Of a stretch of 64,000 nucleotides of DNA, positions 12,011 through 23,415 are shown one piece after another. The notes under the pieces were generated by a model, which was given only the letters and a program-made list of their open reading frames with translations, ran no database searches and was not told the DNA's origin. The position numbers were made by a program, and so were the translations under genes. This DNA comes from Podarcis tiliguerta (taxonomy: Eukaryota), in the NCBI GenBank assembly GCA_965153285.1, contig OZ229110.1. One strand, given 5' to 3'. Position 1 is the stretch's first letter; every line of letters begins with the position of its first letter.

Positions 12011-15000
12011 TCCCAGCAGAGAACATATTGGCTTGCGCCCATCCCACCCCAGGCTTCCTATTTCCTCCCGTTCCATGGTGCCAGGACCCAGATCAGATCG
12101 GGCATTTGTGCTCAAATCTGCCCGCATTTCAATCCTAAACTACAAGGAGCAATCCTATAGAGGAGCCTGATCCTAAGCATATGCAGAACGCATATGCAGA
12201 ACCGCACCCAGCATCTGATCTGCGCTGTAAAGGCGTCCACATCAGATGACCCGGCATAAAATAAGGTGGTTTAAATAAACGTTGTACAGCGGTTAGATAT
12301 GAGATCTAGTCATATCTGAGGCCCAGTGCCGCTCTGGTTTACAAAACAGGCACTTGCGCCTACCCTTCCCCAAGATTCAGTATCCCAACTGCTGCACCCT
12401 GTGACCCGCCTTATCCTCGGGACATTCTTTTCTCACGAAAATTACTGGCTGGTTTATGCACCTTAATCCTCCTCCTGGTGTTCTTCCTCACGCACTGGAT
12501 CACCTCTTCAGATATTTTGTAGCTTCTTTTTCAGCATCGCTTGGGGCAGAGTGCCCTTTGCCCCAGTCTCTTAAAAGACAGGGAAGAGAATGTTGGGGTG
12601 GGAGATAAACTGTCCACTGAGGATGGGCTAATCTGGAATTAATTAAAAGCAGTTTTTATATTTGATTGATTGATTGAAAACATTTCTAGGCTGCTTAATA
12701 TTAAAAAACCTCTAAACAGTGTACAGAAATCCACAAAAAATAAAATTAGACAGTATCCTAAAAACAGATTAGAACATTAAAAAACAGCAACCCAGGAAAA
12801 CAGTTATTATAGAATCAGGGATTCAGGAAATGCTTGAGCCAAAAGATATGTCTTTTCAAGAAAATCAACTGATGGATGATACTTCAGGTATGGCAGAGGG
12901 AGAGACGTTACGCAGTATAGGAGCAATGTTTGGGGTTGCAAGATTATGTCCTTCCAGATAAGACTGAGGAGTGATTTGGGGTCTCCATCTTGTGACTTGT
13001 CTCAGTTGCTCGAGGGATCTAGTTGCCTGCTCTGCAGTAGTCCTGGCTCTTCCTCTATGCCAGACACTGATTTCCATGGTAGGAGCTAAACGCAGGGTAG
13101 AGGGTTTGGTGTGAGATGTGAGGAGCACCTGCTTACTATGGACTGGTCTTTGGGTTCCCTCTGATCCTATGAGCCAGTGAAATCTGGAAGGAAGGCTGCC
13201 TGGCTTCTCCAGCGTCCTCCTTTCACATATGCTCCTGTTCTCATCTCCTCTGCCTCCCACACACATGCTTTTATAACTGCAATTGGCAAGTGCAGTTGGG
13301 ACTGTTGGGGCTCTCACAGTGTCTTCTTTCCATCAGTGAGTTGTGTGTGACGCTGTCCCTAGCTCAGTGTTTGTGTCAGTCCTGTATGCAGTGGCATCCT
13401 GAGACCAGCCTGCAGGGGTTACTTGGAGAATTTGGGATAGCCAAGAGAGAGGATCTACTGCTGGAGGGGCATCTCCAGTTCCCTCCTGATCCTGGGATGC
13501 GCTGGGGAAAACTCCATCCCTACAGCCTTGAGGGGCTCTCTGGAGTCTAGTGAGCTTCTGTAATCTCAAGGCAGAGGTGGCATCAGCGGAAGAGTTTGGT
13601 ACAGGAAAGTTAGAAGGTGCTGCAGTGCAAAGGGTGACAGGTGGGAGGCTCAGTTGGGTGGAATCTCTCCGGCATGACTGTCATTGATGGGCTAATACTC
13701 AGGGTGTCTTTCAGGGCTTAGTATGAATCAGGGTTTAGCCCTTTGAACACAGGAATCCCAGAATCTGTGATACAAGATATGTGACAGGCAGAAATCAGCC
13801 AAATACTTGTGCTAGTGCAATAGGATTCCCTCCCCTCTGTGCCATCCCCAAATCTGATCCAGAGGGTTGAAGGGAACACCCAGAACAGATTTAAGGGGTG
13901 TGCAAAGGGGAGGAGAGGGAGAAAGCATTACATTGTGCAAGAATTCCTTGCTCTTCGGCGCTGAAAACGACAGTTTATCTGAGCCCAGGGAGCGTTTCCT
14001 TCACATCAGTCTTTCTTGCCGATGTTGAAAAGTAGGATTGTTGTTCTAATCCTAAACCGTCTCACCTGGGAGTAAACTCCATTGAATTCCATAGGATTTG
14101 CTTCTGAGTAGACATAGTAGTTTAGTTAGACATGCTTAGTTAATTAATTGATTTGTTCTATGTAAATGAGGAAATAAAAAAATTCTGAAAGCAGGGAAAG
14201 CATCCTTAAAAAGAAATATATTTATGTGCATTACTGTATATTGCAAGTCCCATATTAGAAGAGATTTTCACTTATGTGGCTGAGACAACAGAGGAGAAAT
14301 GCATCTTCTTTCTTTTAAAAATAATTAACCTTCATTATTTTAAAATGATTAACTTTTTTTTAGTGTGATTAATCATGGAGTCCTTTTTTTAGCCTATCAG
14401 AAATGTGTTTTAATCCATCAGCCTTGTGAATTAATTGGCCAAGCAGTGCAGCCTAACTGGCAACCAACTCCTTTCTTAAGCTCTCCATTTTTGGAGGGAG
14501 TTTTATACCCCATACTTTACACCTCTAGGAGGAAATCCTCTTTTATTCTTCTTGGGGAGACAAGATTCTGACTTGGTTCTGCAGAGTTTACAGTAGAGGT
14601 GTAGTATGCACAGGTGATTATGGCTTGTTGTTTTAATATTTTTATTGAAGTTTTAGATAATATATACAAACAAGAATGCAAAAAATATTGTGAACCCCCA
14701 GCAAAACAGGAGGCAAATGGTCATAAACAGTATATAATAAGACAAAATAAAGAAAAACAAGATGTATATTTTCTCTGGTCTTTCCACAGGGTTGAGGGCG
14801 TTGCACATGAATGCTCTATAAACTGCTCATCGATCACAACTGAAGCAAAGATTCATTCCCATCACCTGTTCCACAGAATCTACTAATTTGTTGGAACCTT
14901 TTTGAACTCTGCTTGTCCCATGGAGAAATTAAGAAAATCAAGAAAATTAAACCATGCACTAAAATAAAATAATATTAATGTATATATAATAATATATTAT

Positions 15001-18000
15001 TCTGTGTCCAGGGTAGCTTTCTACCAGCTCCATCTGGTATGCCAGCTGAGACCCTGCCTGCCTGTGCACTGTCTCGCCAGAGTGGTACATGCTCTGGTTA
15101 TCTCCCACTTGGACTATGGCAATGCACTCTGCGCGGGGCTACCTTTGAAGGTGACAACTAATCCAGAATGCGGCTGTCAGATTAGTGACTGGGAGTGGCC
15201 ACCAGACCATTTAACACTGGTCCTGAAAGACCTCCATTGGCTCCTGGTACATTTCTGAGCACAATTCGAAGTCTTGATGCTGACCTTTAAAGCCCTAAAC
15301 ACCCTTGGTCCAGTATACCCGAAGGAGCATCTCCACTCCATCGTTCAGCCTGGACACTGAGGGCCTTCTGGCGGTTCCCTCATTGCAAGAAGCGAAGCTA
15401 CAGGGAACCATGCAGAGGGCCTTCTCGGTAGTTGCACCTGGCCTGTGGAACAATGTCAAGGAAATAAACAATGATCTGACTTTTAGAAGACGCTTGAAGG
15501 CAGCCCTATATAGGGAACTTTCTCAGCAGGTTTCATTCCAGACATGTTTGTTCTTTGCCTGCAGGCGGCTACGAATGCTTGATTCCAGCCCAGAGGAGCC
15601 GCTGTGAGAACCAGCTGAAGCGCCGACCGGGCCGTGGCAAGGGAAGGAGCCAGCGGTCTGCGGGACGCATCCGCCGCGAGGAGCCGCCCGTCGGTCTCTG
15701 TGAGATCCATTTCCTGCCCATGGTAGTGGTGGCACAGGACCCCAAACACCTGCAAAGGCTGAACTGCGTGGGTAAGTCCCTGGATTGGACGGGCAGTGGG
15801 GTGGAGGGGGGCAGGGTTACAGGATCAGGATTGTAAACCACAAAGGAGACTTCCCCACTTTCAGGATTTAGGAAGTCCAAACGTGGGCAGTGGAGGAAGA
15901 GGGGATGCAGCAGGTAGATAACAGTCTGGCGCAGTGGTTAGATTGCCTGGTTAGGACCTGGGAGACCGAGGTTCAGATCCCCATTCACCTTGAAGCTCAT
16001 ATCTGGCACCTTGGGCCAGTCACTGTCTCTCAGCCTAACCTACCTGGTTGCGAGGACAAAATGGGAAGGGGGAGAACAATGTGACCACCTTTTTATTTAT
16101 TTATTTCAACAGTTTATATACCACTTAACACCTTAGTCCCTAAGCGGTGTACAGTAAGGTGAAAAAGATACACTAATCAGTTAAAACTGTAAAAAAGCAG
16201 AAAACTTTCTTAAAGTGCCTGCAGGAACAGAAAAGGTCTTCAATAGGTGTTGGAGTCTCAGCTGGAAGGGAGCACCACAGAACTGGAACTCAATTGTCCC
16301 AAGTTTGCCCTTGGCCTAGGGCACCTCAACTCACCAATCATTTTCTTATTTCCTGTGTCCAGAGGTGGATCTACTTTGAAACAAATGAAGTTTGAGCTTC
16401 AGGGCCCTGAATCCTGGCAGCGCCCCAGAAGTAACTTCTGTCCCCATCGCTTAAAAAATAATAATGGGTCTCTTAGACCTAATATGAGTGGAGTCATTTG
16501 TTGTTGTCTATATTTCAATAATCCCAAGGTCTGAGAGTCCGTAGAGCAGATGTTGTAAAGGTGTGGTGATCTGTTGTGGAATGACCCCATTGAAGATGAT
16601 AACAGTGGTTACCCAGACCTCGTTGTGAAGGGGCCCCCATGATGGTTCAAGTGTCTGTCTGGGTCTGCTCCATGGGCCTGAGCTTCTTTCACCTCCTCCT
16701 ATCCTGCTACACTTCCTTTTCTTTCCCAGATCTCCGTGGATACAGCCCCTGCCCGGAGCCCCTGCCCCTTGCGAGCTCTAGCTCCACAGCCGCTTACTGC
16801 GAACTCAACAAGAACACGCGGCGATGCCACCGGCAGCAGCTTCCGCTGTACAAGTCTTGCCGCATGTACCAGACGTGTGACCATGCTGTGCTGATTGCAG
16901 GTGAGAAGTGGTGCCTGGGGGCTGCGAGGAGCTGCTGGTTCTGGGAATCTGAAGCCATCAACGGTGTGAGGTGAAATTTTTCCTAGGGTAACAGTTAGGG
17001 CCAGAGGACCAGCTTGTGAGGGCGATAGCGGGAGGGGGCGACATTGTGTGAGAGAGAGCATCGCGCCTCCCTCCCTAAGCTGGCAGAAGCTTCCTGGGCT
17101 TTGGGAAGGAAGCTCCAGACTTTAATACTTCAATATTCTAATTTAGCAGGGACATTTAGGGGAGTAGCCTAGTCCCCCAGTCCACTGACCGCACACCACT
17201 GCAAGCCATTGCATTTGGCCAGCGGATAGATGAGGGTGAATCTGATTGGAGGCTCAGCCTTGTGTTGCGTCAGCCCATTGGTCCATCTACCTGAGTATTG
17301 GCCACTCTGATTGGCAGTGGCTCTCCAAGGCTTCAGACAGCGGACATGCCCAACCTTATCTGGAGATGCCAAGGATTGAACCCGGCTCTTTCTATGTGCA
17401 ACTACATTCTCTGCTACTGAGCTACAGCTTTGTTCTACTGGACATGAGCTTAAAGGGCCCCTTGTCTCCTTGAGGGGCAGTGTTAGTGCTCCTATGCCCC
17501 TTGCAACCAGCTTCAGCCTCTCTTCCACCATGGTTTTTTTCCTGGTATGCTTACCGCGCTTCTCCCCCAGGTGGCTGGCAGGAGCAGGTCACCTACCCCC
17601 GCCATGCGCAGAACCTGCTGCTCTTCTACCAGATGCTGCGACGGAATGGCTTCCGCCAAGAGCACATCAAGGCCTTCTTCGCGAGCGAGGGGCAGGCCTC
17701 AGGTACCAGCACGAAAGAGAGCTAGCTGTCGGCTGCAAGGGTGGGACGGGGCTCTTGGTTTCCTTAGGGGGGTGGGTGACTTTTCAGGGCCCATAGGTAG
17801 GGCTGGGCAATAACCTGGTTTTCAACATTGTGATATATCGCCAGCTAAATATTGTGATAGATTAATATATCATGATGTCTAAAATAAGGAGGAAGGAGGA
17901 GATAAGGAGGGGAGAAAGAAGCAGTTGATATACTTTGCCCGGCCCTACAGCTGAGCAAGTCCCCATGCCGCTCCTGCTCCTGCGAGCTGGAGGGACTTCC

Positions 18001-21000
18001 TTAAATTTCAGCATCAGCTAGCTTCACAAAACGGTGCTTTTTGCTGGCTGCTTCCAGGCGCACACGCACACACAGAAGGGAGGGAAGAGACCTGCTCATT
18101 CAACTCAGGGAGACACAGAAGCACTGGGTGGTTTCCTAGTTTTTCCAATATTGTGATTTTTGCATAATATGTGTGCACACACACACTCATACACACGTAA
18201 TTCACGATATATTGCCAGGTCATTTATTTTGAAACAGTTATCACAATGTGGCCAGAAACCGGTTTTGGATGATATATCAATATATCCCTCCAGCCCTACT
18301 CAGGGGTCGGGATGCCAAGAGCTGCTCTTCAGAGGCAAGACTCTGTTCCTAGCACTTCCTTCTCCCTGCCACCAAGGTTCTGCATTTGGGGGGGGGGTGT
18401 ATTGCATTTCAGAGTGTCACCCTACTTGTCCATCCCACTTGAGAAAAGGCTGGGTGTGAATGCATCTAGCCCTGCTGAAATCTCGCCTTTGGGTTACATG
18501 TCCCTGCAAAAATTACAGGCCTGCACGGCATAGACCAAACCACCTGTGGGGCATTTTGGAGAGTGGGCTAATGAGGGAGCCTAGCAAATATTCCCATGCT
18601 GCTCCAAACTCTGGCCCCTTCCCAGATGAGCAGGATGTGGTGGCAGGGAGCAAGTGGTGGTAGGAGGAATGAGGATGCCACGGGGAAGGTCTTCCCAAAC
18701 TGTGGTCAAGCTTCTTTCAGGTGGTTACCATTAAATACTCAATTGTATTTTCATGCTGCTTCATTTTTCTTTCCTTGCGTTTTATTACATTACAATTTGA
18801 ATCGACAGAACGTAAAAAAACACGTATAAGGAGGACTTGGAATACAGCTTGAAAAATCAGGCAGCATCTAGCATGGTGTATTCCAATTGGTACAACAGGC
18901 AGGAAAAAAATTAAGTGGTGTGCCAAGACCAATGGTTTTTGGGTGGTCTGTGGGAGGGGGGACTGCTGCTTTGGTGTACGAGACTGGAGTGGGTTGGAGA
19001 GAGGAGACAGGCCTTTGGGACATGGGATTAGCAGATCCCTCTCTCCCTCTTCTTTTCTGGACAGTGACTGTGGAGATGGGCGACGTGCACCCAGCCACTG
19101 AGAAGCTGGCCATTCGCTCCCACCTGGCCCTGGTCTGCAGGAGCCTCCACTGCGCCGACTCGCTGGTGCTCTACCTCAACAGCCCAGCAGCCAGCGATGG
19201 CACCATGCTGCTGTGGGATGCCAACCGTAATGGCATTGTAAGTGGGGGGTCAGGGCTGGAAGCGAAGGGAGCTGTCTAGGAGGAGCAGGGCAGCACTTGC
19301 CCATGGAGCCACCAACATTGGCTGTCCCAGGCACTCGTCTCTGTACTCTCTTTACAAAACATCACTAGCCATTTCTGTATTGATTGATTGATTGAATTTA
19401 TATACCACCCTATACCTGGAGGTCTCAGGGCAGTACACAGAAAAGATATATAAAATCAAAATAAGTACAATAACCCAATAACACCTCCCCCAAAAGAGCC
19501 ACATTTCAAAAGGGCATAGGAGACAAAATGAACCTGCTGCTGTTTTCTTTTTTTGAGGATTTAAAAAAAAAATGCCAAGCCAAGCTGATCTATCATCATT
19601 GTTGAGGTATGATGGGAATGGTCCAGTTTTTTTAGCCCTTTGGCCTTAGCTATGATAGGAGGAAGGTTCTATCCCATCCTCTGTCCCCACTATTGATATT
19701 AACCCTCTCCTACTGGAATTTTGCACGTGCAGACAAAACCCTCCAGAGCTTAAGGGTGGATAGGGTGTGCATTATCAGAGGGTGGTGGGGTGCCATGATG
19801 GATCCAGGTGTGACATCACTGTAGAAGGAGAGGAGAAGGGTATGTGCCTCTTTCCTCCCTCCCTCCCACCCACCGACCCCTCCTCTGGTGCACAACCTCT
19901 ATATGTGAATTAACGTGTGGGGGCACAAGAAATACAGTACTGCACAAGTTACAAAGTGGTGATGCTTATTTCACAGCAGGAATATCATCTCTTGGGGCAC
20001 ATCTCTTGCCAATTTATTGGGGGGAGTAACCCACCAGGTAAGTTAGGCAGAGGCAGAGAGAGATCAGAGGGAGAAATACTTTGAGGAAATGGTCTAAATT
20101 AGTCTCCTTGAGCAATGCTATTAAATACATTATTTTGTCAAGGAGTCTGTGGCTCTGCCCAGGAATTGTCTCCAGGTGAATTGAGGCAGCCGTACGCTGA
20201 CCCATAGAAATCCAATAGGAAACCCGTCATGGCGTTCTTCATTGCACCTCACTTTTAAAAAGTTAGAATTTTGAATCCGTGACAATAGCCACAGCCACAG
20301 GCCACCTGCCCAGTGTTCAGCCAAATGCTGATGAATGTTGCTTGTTGGGAAAAGCTACAGGTTGGTGCAGAATAAAGCAAGCAGCAGCAGCAGCAGGTTA
20401 ACTTTCAAGTAAAACCGCTTGGAGGTTTTACAGCAGTCAAGCGGTATATGCATCTTGTTAAATGAATGAATCCTACTTCATCATAATACATCCAAAAAAG
20501 GACCTTGGCTATTGATGCCAATGTCACCTGCCTAGCCAAGTAGGGAATGGGGATGCTAACGATATAAAGGAGACTTTCACTCATGCATTTATCACATGGG
20601 GGTAAGCTATGATCAATTGCTGGCAGGGAGCAGTGAAGTCGGGGTGCCAAGTAAACCCAACTGGGGCAGGAAAATGCGGAGTGGCTGCCTAAGATGCTTG
20701 TGCACACATACAAAGCGGCACCAGCCCTTCTCAAAGGGCTGCATTTGGCCATTTGCCAAGTTTCCTTTGGGGTTTCCTAGGCTGGAAATGGAAAGTGAAG
20801 TGAGCCACTTTTGGCAGTGGGGTGAAGGAGGAGGAGGAGGTCATCCCACCTGTCCCAGCATGTCCTGGGAAGCCTGACTGGAGGAAGGAGAGATGCTGAC
20901 AGAACTGCAGGTGGAGGCTGCAGCCCTCTCCTCTCCTCTGTTCCCTTCAAAGGGCCGTCCAGCTCTTTCATGTGTGCCTGCAGGGAGAAAACAACACCGG

Positions 21001-22870
21001 CCTTTGCAGTGGGTGCTCGCCCTGTCTTGCTCTTCCCCATTTAATCCGCTCCTTTTAACTCCCAGGCAGTGGAATCCCCTTGATCTCCCAACTGTGGAGC
21101 GGGGAGGGGTGTGCGTGTGTGTCCGTGACCAAGGGGCAGGTGCTGATGAGCTGTCCCTTCCCTGCAACAGGCAGATCCTAAGGAGCGGTACCCCATCTCG
21201 GAGCTGCTAGCAGACTTGGAGAGCTGCAACGCTCGCCGGGTTCTCCTCTTCCTTGACCAGAGCTATCCGGGGCCACTGACAAAGAAGCTGCGGGCATCAC
21301 GGCGCCATCCCAACGTGGTGCTCATACGTAGCACCACCACCGCGACTGCCACCACTACCGCCAGCGGTGGGTCGGCTTTTGCCGAGTTCTGGGCCGGACT
21401 GCAGCCTGACCAGTGCCTCCTCCAGCATTTGTTGCCGGTAAGTGCCGTGGAAGGAAGGTGAGCCGTGATTGTTCGGAGTCCAAGGCGTGGTGTTTGCAGA
21501 GAATAGGAACGTAAGGAGTCAGGCTAATTGTCCAATGTTGTCTACTCTGGCAGTGGCTCTCAGGTTTCATGTTGCCTGCTGTCAGGTCCTTTTAACTGGG
21601 GACACCGGGTTTCGAACCTGGTACCTTCTGCCTGCATATGCTCTGCCACCAATTTATGGTCCCTCAAGAGATGGCAAGAATGCATTTGTTTGTTCTGGAC
21701 ATAAATACCAGGAGGCTCAAAATAGTGACTAGGAAGCCCGTCCTCAAATTGCTTTTGGCAGGTGGCATTAGCAACAGGTGTCTCTCCAGTTCAAAGTGGC
21801 TGCTTCTAGTGGCAGCATCACTAACTGGGTGGCAGCAGTCCCTGGGCTCTACTCCCAGTTCCAGGGGAGGGGAGCGGAGAGTAGGGACATTGGTGCTTAG
21901 CCAATTAACATAGATGAAAACTGGCCTGAGCTGTGCAGCAAGTTCAGGGCAGATCACAGCTCCTGGTAAGGCCAAGCCATCTTATGCACCATCTTGCAAC
22001 CAGTTTGGTTTCTCCTGTGTGTGTAGGGAAAGAGTTGGGAATCAATTGGGCAGCACGGCAGACTGAGAAATAAATGCTTAGGTGTAGAGGCAGCAATGCT
22101 GAAAACTAGAACTTGGCAAATGGCCAGAGCCAACCTTTGCTCATGTAACTGACACACACGCCATCTGTGATGACAATTAGAGAATGACATCTGAAGTTTG
22201 TGGAAGGTAGCTTGCACTAAAGGAGTCTTTTGATGTGCAATATGGCACCTTTGGAAAGAAAAATGGGTGTTTTGTTACATCCCACCCAATTAGTTTTACT
22301 GCTCAAAAACAGACCATTGCCATTAAAAGGAAAAGGAGTGTACATTCAAGGTAGTTTGAACTGATTTTTTAATCAAGTGCAATGGATCCAGGCTAAATTG
22401 GTTAATTCCAAGTGATGGCACAGGGTTGGATGCAACAAACTAAAGGAAGTCACTGAAACTTACCATTTTTAAGAGCATGTGGAAGCCAGCCAGGCAGGCT
22501 TAATTCAGTTTGCTTTACTGGCCATCCTTACAGGCCGATTGTATAAGATACTGAGATAATGTACCTGAAACACTGATGCGTTGGAAGTGCTATATAAGCA
22601 TTAATGCTGATGACAGATTGAGTTGTGGCCCAGGGCAACCTTAAGTGAAGCAATCTCTCTCGTTCCTTGCAGGTGGGTCCGTGGTCTGCAGTCTTTGGCT
22701 CGGGCACCCCAGCCCAGTTGCTCAATGTCTCATTAGCAGGGGCACCCTGCCACTCTGTGCCACCCCTGGGGGAAGAGGAGCGCCAGCGCCGCTACCAAGG
22801 CTGCCAGAACCTTCCCACCATGTTGTGGTACCAGAGCAGGCACCAGCAGCTGCAACAGGACGACGACTGA
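11475..22870 (+). CDS. Uncharacterized secreted protein, 544 aa, 7 exons: signal peptide + Cys-rich N-terminal region + catalytically degenerate clan CD/C13 (legumain-like) domain
   Basis: Exons 11475-11961, 15565-15771, 16730-16900, 17571-17702, 19065-19237, 21171-21437, 22673-22870 (487+207+171+132+173+267+198=1635 nt, open, ends TGA). Intron phases 1,1,1,1,0,0 all compatible; GT donors (4 of 6 are GTAAGT) and pyrimidine-tract CAG acceptors. ATG sits in a CpG island; AATAAA at 23410-23415. N-terminus MAPLLLALAAASLAWPCAAA is a typical signal peptide; HAVLIAGGW..YPRHAQNLLLFYQMLRRNGFRQEHIKAFF resembles the legumain N-terminal strand/helix. Confidence 0.9.
15003..15520 (+). mobile_element. L2-clade LINE 3' fragment (degenerate ORF2)
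   Basis: VVHALVISHLDYGNALCAGLPLK..VLKDLHWL..RAFSVVAP.LWN motifs with frameshifts. Confidence 0.75.
15565..15771 (+). CDS. Novel gene exon 2 (basic stretch, RIRR furin-type site)
   Basis: ttctttgcctgcag acceptor; GYECLIPAQRSRCENQLKRRPGRGKGRSQRSAGRIRREEPPVGLCEIHFLPMVVVAQDPKHLQRLNCV; G|GTAAGT donor. Confidence 0.88.
15922..16090 (+). mobile_element. tRNA-derived (MIR/CORE-like) SINE
   Basis: A-box tggcgcagtgg, B-box ggttcagatcc, CORE-like ccttgggccagtcactgtctctcagcctaacctacct; inverse copy at about 49258-49460. Confidence 0.6.
16730..16900 (+). CDS. Novel gene exon 3 (Cys-rich linker, start of C13-like domain)
   Basis: ttttctttcccag acceptor; DLRGYSPCPEPL..YCELNKNTRRCHRQQLPLYKSCRMYQTCDHAVLIA; G|GTGAGA donor. 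Confidence 0.9.
17571..17702 (+). CDS. Novel gene exon 4 (RH motif helix)
   Basis: ttctcccccag acceptor; GGWQEQVTYPRHAQNLLLFYQMLRRNGFRQEHIKAFFASEGQAS; G|GTACCA donor. Confidence 0.88.
17798..18298. mobile_element. Probable non-autonomous DNA transposon
   Basis: tagggctgg ... ccagcccta terminal inverted repeats with repeated gatatatc subterminal motifs; TSD not clean. Confidence 0.5.
19065..19237 (+). CDS. Novel gene exon 5 (His-strand equivalent, first half of EF-hand loop)
   Basis: tcttttctggacag acceptor; [58 protein letters not shown]; |GTAAGT donor. Confidence 0.9.
21171..21437 (+). CDS. Novel gene exon 6 (Cys-strand equivalent)
   Basis: cccttccctgcaacag acceptor; ADPKERYPISELLADLESCNARRVLLFLDQSYPGPLTKKLRASRRHPNVVLIRS..SAFAEFWAGLQPDQCLLQHLLP; |GTAAGT donor. 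Confidence 0.9.
22673..22870 (+). CDS. Novel gene exon 7 (terminal)
   Basis: ctcgttccttgcag acceptor; VGPWSAVFGSGTPAQLLNVSLAGAPCHSVPPLGEEERQRRYQGCQNLPTMLWYQSRHQQLQQDDD*. Confidence 0.86.
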   Translation: MGPWSAVFGSGTPAQLLNVSLAGAPCHSVPPLGEEERQRRYQGCQNLPTMLWYQSRHQQLQQDDD

Positions 22871-23409
22871 GCCTCAGTGGGGTGCTGCCTTGGGACTTTC
22901 CTCAAGACTGGAGCCCCACTGATCCTTCCCCCACACCCCATGAGGTTCTTCTTGGTTTTGGAGGACATGGGTGGCGTTAGCGACAGCTAACAGACAGGAT
23001 TGTTGCTGTGCAAACTGCTGCACAGGACCCTCAAAAGCCGCTTCCGGCAGCCAGAGCTAAAAGAAGCCAGGTACACACACGCATATATAAATATATATAT
23101 AGCCAAGCCTATTCTGGCATCTTCAGATATGGCCAAGCATGCGGATGGAAGCAGTAGGGTGACAATCATGGCTAGACTAGTAAGTCAGAGCACAAGAGAA
23201 GTATGAGAAGAGCAAGTGGGGAACAGCAGCTGCCCTAATGCAGACACTGTGCTGCACAAACACGCCCCCCCCAAAAAATATGGCAGTTTCCTCCCCCCCT
23301 TTCACTTGGGAGCTAAAGTTGAAGAACTCTTGCATGTAAACCCTAAAGCACCCTCTGCTGAGAGTGATTGTGGGAATGGGGAATGTGCTGTAAAACAACC
23401 AGCCCCTGG

Positions 23410-23415
23410 AATAAA
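23410..23415 (+). promoter_or_regulatory. Polyadenylation signal of the novel gene
   Basis: AATAAA 540 nt after the stop, followed by a GT/T-rich downstream element. Confidence 0.6.

Noticed and set aside
10897-12138. 413-aa (+) and 352-aa (-, 10989-12047) ORFs
   Set aside because: Arg/Pro/Gly-rich shadow frames of the CpG island; the real frame starts at ATG 11475 with a signal peptide and splices at 11961.
12177-12202. 13-bp tandem duplication gcatatgcagaac x2 (similar case near 50156-50181)
   Set aside because: Ordinary slippage duplication in an intron; no sign of function.
15922-16000. tRNA gene (A/B boxes); similar heads at 150-215 and near 17370-17430
   Set aside because: Degenerate SINE heads followed by SINE bodies; no intact cloverleaf.
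11475-22870. Calling the novel gene LGMN or PIGK
   Set aside because: No HG/AC catalytic motifs, different domain order, no LSAM or TM tail, and wrong synteny.
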